Positions 1-8,765 of a DNA stretch of 34,800 bases are shown here, piece by piece. The DNA lies in NCBI GenBank assembly GCA_025353045.1, contig JANXRK010000045.1:1-34800 (forward strand), in the 5' to 3' direction. Source of the DNA: Candidatus Tayloriibacteriota bacterium. Its GTDB lineage: Bacteria > Patescibacteriota > Minisyncoccia > Phycocordibacterales > PALSA-1337. The notes under the pieces are model-generated. The model made no database searches. It worked only from the letters and a program-made list of their open reading frames with translations, and was not told the DNA's origin. Both the position numbers and the translations under genes were made by a program. The first letter of the stretch is position 1, and each line of letters begins with the position of its first letter.

Positions 1-15
1 GCCATAAACACAAAA

Positions 16-31
16 TCCTGCCGAGGCAGGA
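16..31 (-). terminator. Possible rho-independent terminator (6-bp stem, 4-nt loop) followed by a T-run on the minus strand
   Basis: The hairpin tcctgc-cgag-gcagga lies at 16-31. The reverse complement of 1-15 reads ttttgtgtttatggc. No minus-strand gene lies immediately upstream (pyrE ends at 467), so the assignment is tentative. Confidence 0.35.
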
Positions 32-171
32 CCTTATGTAGACATTTTATATTGAAGTACTGACAGCTAAGCCAAAGGCTTTCTCGTACTCACATGATTA
101 CATTATATCGTGATGATGAAATAGTGCAAGGCGATTGCGTAAAGGCCATTTTTGGGGTATTTTAGTGATAT

Positions 172-245
172 TGCCGGATCGTATAAAGGTAGTACGTCGC
201 TCTCTGAAAGCGAAAATTTTGGTTCGATTCCAAGTCCGGCAGCCA
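172..245 (+). tRNA. tRNA-Gln (anticodon CUG), CCA encoded
   Basis: Hand-folded cloverleaf. Acceptor TGCCGGA/TCCGGCA; D arm GTAT-AAAGGTA-GTAC; anticodon arm TCGCT-CTCTGAA-AGCGA (CTG at 34-36); T arm TTTGG-TTCGATT-CCAAG; discriminator G followed by CCA. Confidence 0.88.
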
Positions 246-466
246 ACTAGTTTTTCATACCTGGTAACCTAGAGGTATCATTTGTCGTACGAAATGTTAA
301 AATTAAATTATGAAAATCAAACTACAATTTCTATAGTACGATTTCTGGATAGGTGCTTTTTATGATCGAAATAGTAAAGTTTTATATATTTGCTCACTAT
401 CAATGTGTGTAATAAGAATTTCAAAGATATAATGGAAAATATTCAAGGAATCAATTCCCTCCTAAC

Positions 467-961
467 CTAAATAAAATCGGTATATCTTAAAACACTCACC
501 ACCTCCCCTTTGTCTGACCTATCAAGAACAACCACTGATTTTGCAAATTTACATTTTGTCATTTTTAAACTTTCTTTAGTTTTTCCTATACTCGTGCCCA
601 TGGTAAAAACATCATCAATAATGCATATAGTGTCCTTGTTTGTAGGAACATAACCATCAATGACTTTCTTCGTCCCATGCCCTTTGGCCACATCTCGCAC
701 GAGAACCAATGGCAGTTTCATTTTAAAAGCAACTAGAGATGCAAGGGTGATTCCTCCATATCCAGAACAGGCGATACATGTTGCTTTCTTTGGAATGAGC
801 TGGAGTAAGTGCATAATGATAGCATTGAGGATTTTTGGATCGCCGAAAGCTTGTTTTATATCACAATAGTAAGTCGAGTATTCACCATTTTTTAATTTAA
901 AATTTCCGTACTTAATGATGTGAGCTTTTTTTAGAAGATTTATAAGATTTTTAGTATTCAT
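467..961 (-). CDS. pyrE: Orotate phosphoribosyltransferase-like type I PRTase (short form)
   Basis: 164 aa. PRPP-binding loop ICIIDDVFTMGTS, and an N-terminal GNFKLKNGEYSTYYCD motif typical of OPRTases. An ATG start is preceded by TATACT 6 nt upstream. Confidence 0.8.
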   Translation of the reverse strand: MNTKNLINLLKKAHIIKYGNFKLKNGEYSTYYCDIKQAFGDPKILNAIIMHLLQLIPKKATCIACSGYGGITLASLVAFKMKLPLVLVRDVAKGHGTKKVIDGYVPTNKDTICIIDDVFTMGTSIGKTKESLKMTKCKFAKSVVVLDRSDKGEVVSVLRYTDFI

Positions 962-984
962 AAGATAAGTATAAGATACTTTTA

Positions 985-1389
985 TTGTGGCGAAAAGTCA
1001 AAAATAAAGAATACTTTGTATTCCCTGGTGGAGGACAAGAGGTAGGAGAGACTCTTGAAGAGACAGTGTGCCGAGAGTTACTCGAAGAAACCTCAATTAT
1101 AGTTTCAGTCGAAAAGTTACTTTACAAATTGACCGATGAAAATACTGAACAAAATTTCTATCTCTGTAAATATATTTCAGGTGAACCAAAATTAGGAAAA
1201 GGTAATGAATCTATTGATACAAATGAATCAAATCAATATAAACCACTCTGGAGAAATATAGAAGAAATAGCCAGCCTTCCTGTTCTTCCGCTGGAAGTAC
1301 GAGATTGGTTTTTAGAAGATTATAAAAATAACTTTTCCTACTCTGTTCGAGAAGACTTCATTTTGACCACTGACCGTAGAAAGAAATAA
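985..1389 (+). CDS. Nudix hydrolase, apparently N-terminally shortened, with a TTG start
   Basis: The Nudix box GGGQEVGETLEETVCRELLEETSI begins only 15 residues into the ORF. The frame is closed by TAA at 961-963, and pyrE starts 24 nt away on the other strand. Confidence 0.65.
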   Translation: MWRKVKNKEYFVFPGGGQEVGETLEETVCRELLEETSIIVSVEKLLYKLTDENTEQNFYLCKYISGEPKLGKGNESIDTNESNQYKPLWRNIEEIASLPVLPLEVRDWFLEDYKNNFSYSVREDFILTTDRRKK

Positions 1390-1409
1390 TATTGATTCTT
1401 TCAAATAAA

Positions 1410-3974
1410 TCAATAACTAGTATAAGGAAGTGGGGTACCTGAATTATAAAGTGTTGACCGTTCAGACGTTCCTAGTGCTCGTGACCATATAGATAGCTGG
1501 TCCATATGAGCATCTATAGTATACCCTGCATAGAAGCCGTAGTCTGGTTCAAAATAATGTCCGAGAGAAAGATTCTGTGATGGATACGTTGAGACGGTTC
1601 CAGTATATGTAACTGAACTCACGACTCCATTGTCGATTTGAATATTTATTTGTTTTGAAGAAGCTACATGCCAAGCTACGATACGATGCCAACCTGTATC
1701 TGGACTGACATTTGCGCTATGAACAGTCTGATATGACGAACCTGTCCAGACAGAGAAATCATAGCGCAGTGGTATACCATAATTATCTCCCCATAAATAC
1801 CAGTTCCTTGGTTTTGTAACGAGATAGTAAGGATTAAAATTTAGCGAATCAAACTTAACCCATGTTTGTACACTAAAGTCTCCACTCAAATCAAAAGCTG
1901 TATCAGTAGATCCCACTTGAGTCCCAAAAGGTCCAGCTGCATATCCAGATGGAGAACTGGCAGCGGCCACAGACCCTGACAAAACTTTTGATGCATATGA
2001 GCCAACTCTATCAATAGCAGTTGTCTCATTCATTTCCCAAACCTCAATAAGGTTATCAGTGAGAAGTGGCGCTGTGACTGTGATACTTGTACTCTGAGTA
2101 GTAGTTTGACTATATCCAGTTACACGTAAAGTAAAGTTGGTTGTTCCTATGCCTGTTGGTGTACCTGTGATTGCTCCTGTTAAATAATTTAAAGTTAATC
2201 CAGATGGTAGAGAACCTGAAGAAATATCCCAAGTAAATGGACCTGTACCTGACGCAGTCGGAGTAAATGAATATGATACACCAAGTGTCGCCGCCGTTGG
2301 TGCTGAACTGGTAATCGTTGGAGTAGCATCTGTTACTCTGATAGCTCCACTTCTAAACCATGTATCAGCTAAAAGTGTATAACCTCTTTGTGTTGGATGG
2401 ACGTTATCCGTATTGAAAAAAGATGAAGGTGAGCCATCTGTAAGGTTTGCAGCTACCATTGCTGAATAATGATCAGCTAAGAAAATTCTCTTACCCGCAG
2501 CACGACGACTGATTATTTGAGCTTTTATAAAGTTATTGTATGTCTGCATTGTAGCATCACTGATAGTCTGCCCTGCTGGGAATTTTGGATAAGTACCGAT
2601 CACGTAAACAGCATCTGGATATATTGCCATTATTTCATCGAGGCCACTTGAAAAATATGTTTCTGTATCAGCCTCACTAGCACCGTAACCAATATCATTA
2701 ACTCCAGCAAGAAGATAGATCATATCAGTTGGAAATTCAGAAGTAGTAGATGCGCCACTTGAACCTGTTATAAAATCTTCAAAAGAATAAGACCCACCAG
2801 CCACCCTCCAACCAGCACCGGGCGCAGAAAAACTATGGTCATCCAAAGGTGCAGAAGGACCATTTCCAGAAAAATTAGTATGTGGCATCCATCCGACCGG
2901 TTGGTATTTACCCGAAAGATCTCCGTAATTAATATAATCATTTTGTAAATATCGACGATACCCTCCTTGACCAGAAGAACCAGCATCAGATCCCCACGTT
3001 ATACTATCTCCAAAGAACATAACCTTGAGTGGGTTACTTGCACTATATTGGGATGGAATTATCGATATACTATTTTCAGGCATATAAACACTTAGACTCA
3101 AAGAAGATAAACCTGTTGTAGTTGCTGTATTTGTAAGTGCCAATGTACTCAATCCATAATTAATAGATGTTATAGAAAATGTCTTAGTGCCACCTGCACT
3201 TTCTAGATTATCGATGATACCTGAATAAGTAAAAGTTCTAGATTTTGATGCTGGAATTGCAAAATAACCTAAAAGAGTTTTCTCCGAGGAATCACCACTC
3301 ACCGATATAGGAAAAGTGCTGACGCCGGAAAGTGGGAGACTTGATGAAGCCAGAAGTCCAGAACTGGATGTTGCAAGCGCCAGTGCTGGATTGGAAGAAA
3401 TAAATATATCCTTACTCCCAGCGGTCAGGGTAAATGAATAGCTAACATGGTATGCAGTGGTCGTTGCGTATTTATTTATAGCCGATCCGAGAGTCGCAGA
3501 AAGATTACTTATTATTGGATCACTGTTTTCGTCTGTAGCATCAGTTCTATGGTGATTTACTAAGTCAGTATTTTGATGAATAATACTAGACAGTATTGGT
3601 GACAATCTTTCAGATTGAGAATGATGAATAATACTAGACAGTATTGGTGACAATCTTTCAGATTGAGACTTTTGAGCTATTTTTGAATTTAATAAGTTAC
3701 GAGTCAGAGGACCAAAAAATCCTGTATTTGGAAGATTTACGGTCTTTTGATATTTAGAAACTGCACCCATAGTCAAATAACCAAAATACCCTTTTGCAAT
3801 ACCTTTTGGAATTACTAAAAAATTATTTTCAACCAACCAATCCTGCAATTGCGCAACATTTTTGCCGGATGAACCAAGTTTTAGACTATTGGAAAAAGAG
3901 TATGCATAAACAGTATTGAAAGTAGCACTAAGGATAAGCAGTGAGACTGCAGTTAAGTATATAGTTTTAGACAT
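1410..3974 (-). CDS. Large secreted multidomain protein: signal peptide, peptidoglycan-binding-like segment, 16-aa tandem repeat, SGNH/GDSL hydrolase, Ig-like segment, C-terminal LamG/concanavalin-like region
   Basis: 854 aa with a hydrophobic N-terminus (LTAVSLLILSATFNTVYA). PG_binding_1-like stretch GKNVAQLQDWL...YFGYLTMGAVSKYQK. GDSL block VMFFGDSITWG and a late DNVHPT block. FTWDISSGSLPSGLTLNYLTGAITGTPT resembles putative-Ig repeats. The C-terminal lectin-like call is inference. Confidence 0.8.
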   Translation of the reverse strand: MSKTIYLTAVSLLILSATFNTVYAYSFSNSLKLGSSGKNVAQLQDWLVENNFLVIPKGIAKGYFGYLTMGAVSKYQKTVNLPNTGFFGPLTRNLLNSKIAQKSQSERLSPILSSIIHHSQSERLSPILSSIIHQNTDLVNHHRTDATDENSDPIISNLSATLGSAINKYATTTAYHVSYSFTLTAGSKDIFISSNPALALATSSSGLLASSSLPLSGVSTFPISVSGDSSEKTLLGYFAIPASKSRTFTYSGIIDNLESAGGTKTFSITSINYGLSTLALTNTATTTGLSSLSLSVYMPENSISIIPSQYSASNPLKVMFFGDSITWGSDAGSSGQGGYRRYLQNDYINYGDLSGKYQPVGWMPHTNFSGNGPSAPLDDHSFSAPGAGWRVAGGSYSFEDFITGSSGASTTSEFPTDMIYLLAGVNDIGYGASEADTETYFSSGLDEIMAIYPDAVYVIGTYPKFPAGQTISDATMQTYNNFIKAQIISRRAAGKRIFLADHYSAMVAANLTDGSPSSFFNTDNVHPTQRGYTLLADTWFRSGAIRVTDATPTITSSAPTAATLGVSYSFTPTASGTGPFTWDISSGSLPSGLTLNYLTGAITGTPTGIGTTNFTLRVTGYSQTTTQSTSITVTAPLLTDNLIEVWEMNETTAIDRVGSYASKVLSGSVAAASSPSGYAAGPFGTQVGSTDTAFDLSGDFSVQTWVKFDSLNFNPYYLVTKPRNWYLWGDNYGIPLRYDFSVWTGSSYQTVHSANVSPDTGWHRIVAWHVASSKQINIQIDNGVVSSVTYTGTVSTYPSQNLSLGHYFEPDYGFYAGYTIDAHMDQLSIWSRALGTSERSTLYNSGTPLPYTSY
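3574..3668. repeat. Perfect tandem duplication with a 48-bp period inside the 854-aa CDS
   Basis: 3574-3620 and 3622-3668 are identical 47-mers (tgatgaataatactagacagtattggtgacaatctttcagattgaga). They encode QSERLSPILSSIIH twice, in frame. Confidence 0.95.
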
Positions 3975-3998
3975 TGTTTATATGAGTCCCTTTCGTTA

Positions 3999-4832
3999 CT
4001 ATTTTACCACTTTCAATAGAATTGTCACTGTTGTTCCCTTATCGACTCCAGGTGAAGAAATCTTTAATTTTCCTGAATGTTTTTTAACTATAGAATTTGC
4101 TAAATAAAGCCCAACTCCGAAACCTTCTGTATCCATAGACTTAGCATTTTTTGCCCTAAAGAACTTTGAAAATATTCTAGGACTATCCGCAGGATCAATA
4201 CCGATTCCTTGATCTATAACAGAAACTGCCACCTTCCTTCCCTCTTTTTTAACTTGTATATCAACATTCTTCCCAGTATAACTGTAGTTTATAGCATTTT
4301 CCATAATAGTCTGAAAAACGAATTCCATTCTGGTTCTATCTATCTTCACAAAAATCTCTGGATCAGAAAAATTCGTTCCAACAAAAAGATTTTGTTCATG
4401 GAAACGAGTATTTAGAGCGTCTGTAATTTTTTTGACGAATTCACAAATATTTACTTTTTCAAATTTATAAGAGGTCAAAGCATCATCAGCAGAATCAGTG
4501 AGTTCTATGAGAGTACCAGTTAGATTTATTAGGGTTTGATTTGAATTACTTAGATTTATGAGATTTTCCTTTTTAAAAGAGTCCTTTTCAATGTCCAAAA
4601 TGCCTTCGATTATCCATTTTATCTTTGTCAGAGGTGTACGAAACTTGTGAGCGATGATAGTGATGAATTCATATTTCAAAGTTTCATAAGCAATAAGTTT
4701 TATCCAGATCATCATACATAGATAGATGATGAGTAGAATTATAAGAAGGAAAATGAAAGCCAGAGTAACTACATTCCCTCCTAAGATCTGATTTTGATCA
4801 ATAAAAATTTGATAGTTCATCGAGAGATACAT
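3999..4832 (-). CDS. Membrane-anchored sensor histidine kinase with no extracytoplasmic sensor domain and no adjacent response regulator
   Basis: 277 aa with one N-terminal TM segment. H-box FITIIAHKFRTPLT, N-box MENAINYS, G1 VIDQGIGI, G2 GFGVGLYLA. Confidence 0.85.
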   Translation of the reverse strand: MYLSMNYQIFIDQNQILGGNVVTLAFIFLLIILLIIYLCMMIWIKLIAYETLKYEFITIIAHKFRTPLTKIKWIIEGILDIEKDSFKKENLINLSNSNQTLINLTGTLIELTDSADDALTSYKFEKVNICEFVKKITDALNTRFHEQNLFVGTNFSDPEIFVKIDRTRMEFVFQTIMENAINYSYTGKNVDIQVKKEGRKVAVSVIDQGIGIDPADSPRIFSKFFRAKNAKSMDTEGFGVGLYLANSIVKKHSGKLKISSPGVDKGTTVTILLKVVK

Positions 4833-5009
4833 TTTACTATGGATAGCCTCAATTGTGTAGTGGATTGAATCCTTGCTATAATATATCTGATTGTTTCAAG
4901 TGTTGACGACCGGCTGTACTCACATCTTAATTTAGACATTATATTTGGAGCTAACACCCGTTCGTCAACATTCGGTGCAATCACCTTTCAAACATGATAT
5001 AACTATGCC

Positions 5010-6029
5010 ATGTCAATCCAAAAAGATATCCTCCTCAAAGATCTAACGACTTTTCGCATTGGTGGGCCAGCCAAGCATTTTTGTGTTGTTCGAAATGAAG
5101 ATGAATTAATCGAAGCAGTTAATTTTTCAAAAAAATATAGAGTTCCCTTTTTTGTTCTGGGTGGGGGCTCAAATATTCTCGTAGCCGATGAAGGCTTTGA
5201 AGGAATCGTTATTAAGATGGAAATGAAAGGTGTTACATATAAAGAAGAAGGTACGGATGTTTTCGTGACTGCCTCAGCTGGTGAAAACTGGGATAGTTTT
5301 GTTAGTCAAATTGTCGAGAAAGGTCTTTATGGTTTAGAAAACCTTTCATATATTCCTGGAACAGTCGGTGCTGCTCCAGTCCAAAATATTGGCGCATATG
5401 GAAGTGAATTAAAAGATACGGTTATATCAGTACACGTTCTTGATGTCGTTAAAGACGAATATAAAGATCTTTCAAATACCGAATGCAAGTTTTCATATAG
5501 AGATAGTATTTTTAAAGAAGATCCAAAAAAATATATCGTACTTTCAGTTACTTTTAGACTAAGCAATCGAGGGACATTAAATATTGGTTACAAAGACGTT
5601 CAAGAATATTTTGATTTTAAAAAGATAAAGGAACCAACTCTCAAGCAAGTTCGAAATGCCGTTATCGAGATCCGCCAAAGAAAACTTCCTGATGTAAAAG
5701 AATATGGAACTGCTGGTTCGTTTTTCAAAAACGTCATTGTGCCAAATGCTCAAGCTCAAGCCCTTTTGAAAAAGTATCCTGAAATGATTTTACACAAAGT
5801 AAATGATAAAAAAGTAAAGATTCCTATCGCTTGGATTCTCGATCATGTTTGCGGTTTTAGAGGAGTGAAAAAAGGAAATGTTGGAACTTTTCGAAATCAG
5901 GCTTTAGTCCTCATAAATCATGGTGGAGCGACTGCGGCAGAGATTATTGCCCTAGCCCAAAAGATGGTTGATGAAGTATACGATAAAACAGGAATTGAGA
6001 TTGAACCAGAGGTAGAATATGTGCTATGA
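5010..6029 (+). CDS. murB: UDP-N-acetylenolpyruvoylglucosamine reductase
   Basis: 339 aa. N-terminal LKDLTTFRIGGPA and FVLGGGSNIL FAD-binding motifs. TATAAC lies 6 nt upstream of the ATG. Confidence 0.9.
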   Translation: MSIQKDILLKDLTTFRIGGPAKHFCVVRNEDELIEAVNFSKKYRVPFFVLGGGSNILVADEGFEGIVIKMEMKGVTYKEEGTDVFVTASAGENWDSFVSQIVEKGLYGLENLSYIPGTVGAAPVQNIGAYGSELKDTVISVHVLDVVKDEYKDLSNTECKFSYRDSIFKEDPKKYIVLSVTFRLSNRGTLNIGYKDVQEYFDFKKIKEPTLKQVRNAVIEIRQRKLPDVKEYGTAGSFFKNVIVPNAQAQALLKKYPEMILHKVNDKKVKIPIAWILDHVCGFRGVKKGNVGTFRNQALVLINHGGATAAEIIALAQKMVDEVYDKTGIEIEPEVEYVL

Positions 6030-8533
6030 TGCCTTCTACTATGGCATTTTCATTAAAGAATATATTCGGCGATCCTAATAAGAAATTACTGAAAAAATAC
6101 GAGACTATTCCAGCACTTGTAAATACTTTTGAACCTGCTATTTCTACCCTTTCTGATGAGACTTTACGAGCCAAAACCACTGAATTTAAGACCAAACTAG
6201 CTAACGGCGATACTCTCGAATCTATCCTCCCTGAGGCCTTCGCCGTGGTCAGAGAGGCCTCAAAACGTGTTTTGAAGCAAAGACACTTCGATGTACAGCT
6301 TATAGGAGGCGCAATACTAAATAGTGGAAGTATTGCAGAGATGCGAACTGGAGAAGGAAAAACTCTTGTGGCTACTTTGCCAGCCTATCTCAATGGACTT
6401 ACAGGAAAAGGAGTTCACGTTGTAACCGTTAACGATTATCTTTCAAGACGAGACGCTGTTTGGATGGGTCAAATCTACAATTTCCTCGGACTTTCAACGG
6501 GAGTTATCAATCATGAATCGTCTTTTATGTATGATCCAAATCACAAGGAATTGGACGAGACCCGTGATGAACTCGGTTCATTCAAAGTCGTTCACGAATA
6601 CCTTCGCCCAGTCACACGACACGAAGCGTATATGGCTGATATTACGTATGGGACAAACAATGAATTCGGTTTTGACTATCTACGAGACAATTTGGAATAT
6701 GAAGAAAAAAATCTCCGACAAAGAGAATTCAATTATGCCGTTGTAGACGAAATCGATTCTATTCTTATCGATGAAGCTCGAACTCCTCTCATCATTTCTG
6801 CACCAACAACTGATTCAGAAAACCTCTATCAAATCTTTGCGGCCATGGTTCGAGATTTTGTGAAAGACGAAGACTACACTGTCGATGAAAAGCAAAGAAG
6901 TATTTCTTTGATTCCAAAGGGAATTGAAAAAGCGGAAAAGAAACTTGGCGTTGATAATATTTATACAGAAAAAGGAATAAAGTACGTTCACCATTTGGAA
7001 ACTGCAGTTAAAGCCAAGGCACTTTATAATCTAAATACAGAGTACGTGATCAAAGAAGATGGCATCGTTATCGTCGATACTTTTACAGGACGCCTTCAGC
7101 CAGGACGACGTTGGTCAGAAGGTTTGCACCAAGCGATCGAAGCCAAAGAAGGTGTAACTGTTCAAAAAGAAAGTCGAACATTTGCTTCTATTACGTTCCA
7201 AAATTACTTTAGACTATACAAGAAACTATCAGGTATGACAGGTACAGCATCAACCTCTGCTGAAGAGTTCTATAAAGTGTATGGATTGGAGACTATCATG
7301 GTTCCAACAAATAAAATTCAACAAAGAAATGATAATAATGATTTGATTTTCCAAACTGAAATAGGAAAATATAAAGCTATTGCAAAGAAAGTTAAAGAAT
7401 TAAATAAAGCTGGCCAGCCAGTACTTATTGGTACAGTTTCTATAGAAAAAAATGAAGTGTTATCTGATTTTCTAAAAGCTGAAGGTGTTCCACATGAAAT
7501 TCTAAATGCCAAGAACCACGAACGTGAAGGAGAGATCATCGCTCAAGCAGGTAAAAAAGGTGCGGTGACTATTGCCACAAACATGGCAGGTCGAGGAGTG
7601 GATATTAAGCTTGGAGGCAATCCTGGAGGAAAGGATGTGTATGAAGAAATAAAATCAATTGGAGGTCTCTTTGTTCTTGGAACAGAACGACACGAAGCTC
7701 GACGAATCGACAATCAGCTTCGAGGACGATCAGGTCGTCAGGGTGATCCAGGTGCAACACAATTCTTCGTATCGCTCGAAGACTCTCTCATGCGTGTCTT
7801 TGCTTCAGATACCGTTAAAAGTCTGATGGGTAAACTTGGCGTTGCCGAAGATGAAGCAATCGAAAATCGTATTATCACCAGGTCTCTCGAAAGTGCTCAG
7901 TCAAAGATTGAAGGCTTTAATTTTGATTCTCGAAAGCACATCTTGGAATACGATGATATTTTGAACCATCAAAGAAAAACCGTATATGAACGACGACGAG
8001 CAATCCTTCTTGGAACTCCAGAAGTAGTAGAAACGAAAATTATGGAAGTAATTGGTGACAATGCAGATCTAAAGAAAATTGTTCGGGAAAAAATAGATCT
8101 ACTTTCAAAAGAGCGCTTCCTTGCAGTGGTTAGACAGCTTATGCTCCAATCTATCGATACATTCTGGGTTGAACATCTAGAAGTTATGGATTATACGCGA
8201 TCATCAGTAAACCTACGAGCATACGGTCAAAGAGATCCTTTGGTTGAATACAAGAAAGAGGGCTTGCGCCTTTTCAAAGAAATGCAGGCCGCGATCAACA
8301 ATCAAATCGTCAATCTCCTACCCCACGTTGGTGGCGGAATAATAACTCCAGAGGCAGTTGAGCTCAAAGAAGTGCATGAGAATGCGCAAAGTATTACAGG
8401 TGAGACAAATCAACATGAACAGACTCAAGCTCCAAAGAAGCCAGAAGTTGGAAGAAATGACCCTTGCCCTTGTGGATCAGGCCTTAAATACAAAAAGTGC
8501 GGAATGATACATGCTCCAGAGCATAAGAAATAA
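6026..8533 (+). CDS. secA: Preprotein translocase ATPase SecA
   Basis: 835 aa. Walker A MRTGEGKTLVA, a DEAD-like VDEIDSILIDEARTPLIIS, and a C-terminal zinc motif CPCGSGLKYKKCG. The ATGATG overlaps the murB stop. The conserved N-terminus (MAFSLKNIFGD) suggests the real start may be 6041. Confidence 0.95.
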   Translation: MMPSTMAFSLKNIFGDPNKKLLKKYETIPALVNTFEPAISTLSDETLRAKTTEFKTKLANGDTLESILPEAFAVVREASKRVLKQRHFDVQLIGGAILNSGSIAEMRTGEGKTLVATLPAYLNGLTGKGVHVVTVNDYLSRRDAVWMGQIYNFLGLSTGVINHESSFMYDPNHKELDETRDELGSFKVVHEYLRPVTRHEAYMADITYGTNNEFGFDYLRDNLEYEEKNLRQREFNYAVVDEIDSILIDEARTPLIISAPTTDSENLYQIFAAMVRDFVKDEDYTVDEKQRSISLIPKGIEKAEKKLGVDNIYTEKGIKYVHHLETAVKAKALYNLNTEYVIKEDGIVIVDTFTGRLQPGRRWSEGLHQAIEAKEGVTVQKESRTFASITFQNYFRLYKKLSGMTGTASTSAEEFYKVYGLETIMVPTNKIQQRNDNNDLIFQTEIGKYKAIAKKVKELNKAGQPVLIGTVSIEKNEVLSDFLKAEGVPHEILNAKNHEREGEIIAQAGKKGAVTIATNMAGRGVDIKLGGNPGGKDVYEEIKSIGGLFVLGTERHEARRIDNQLRGRSGRQGDPGATQFFVSLEDSLMRVFASDTVKSLMGKLGVAEDEAIENRIITRSLESAQSKIEGFNFDSRKHILEYDDILNHQRKTVYERRRAILLGTPEVVETKIMEVIGDNADLKKIVREKIDLLSKERFLAVVRQLMLQSIDTFWVEHLEVMDYTRSSVNLRAYGQRDPLVEYKKEGLRLFKEMQAAINNQIVNLLPHVGGGIITPEAVELKEVHENAQSITGETNQHEQTQAPKKPEVGRNDPCPCGSGLKYKKCGMIHAPEHKK

Positions 8534-8601
8534 GATAAAAAGAAAGACGATCAAAAAGAAGATCGCCGCTGGAAAAAATAATCATTTATAACCCTTACAG
8601 T

Positions 8602-8635
8602 AAACACCTTATCGTGTACCCCCGATAAGGTGTTT
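8602..8635. terminator. 13-bp perfect hairpin between convergent secA and pyrG (possible bidirectional terminator, no clear U-tract)
   Basis: aaacaccttatcg (8602-8614), loop tgtacccc, cgataaggtgttt (8623-8635). Confidence 0.4.
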
Positions 8636-8765
8636 CTGCAGATAGAAAAACAAACTCAAACATGAACATTTGTTATATCGACCTTATAACTTCTTTATCG
8701 TAGCAAAAGGAGATGAAATCCTAATAAAAAATCAATAAAATCTAAATAAAAAATTTATCAGAATT

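Noticed and set aside
86-95. Shared 10-mer GTACTCACAT plus CATTATAT upstream of tRNA-Gln (86-108) and murB (4916-4944)
   Set aside because: Exact 10-mer coincidences are expected many times over in a 35-kb AT-rich window. The spacing between the two blocks differs by 6 nt.
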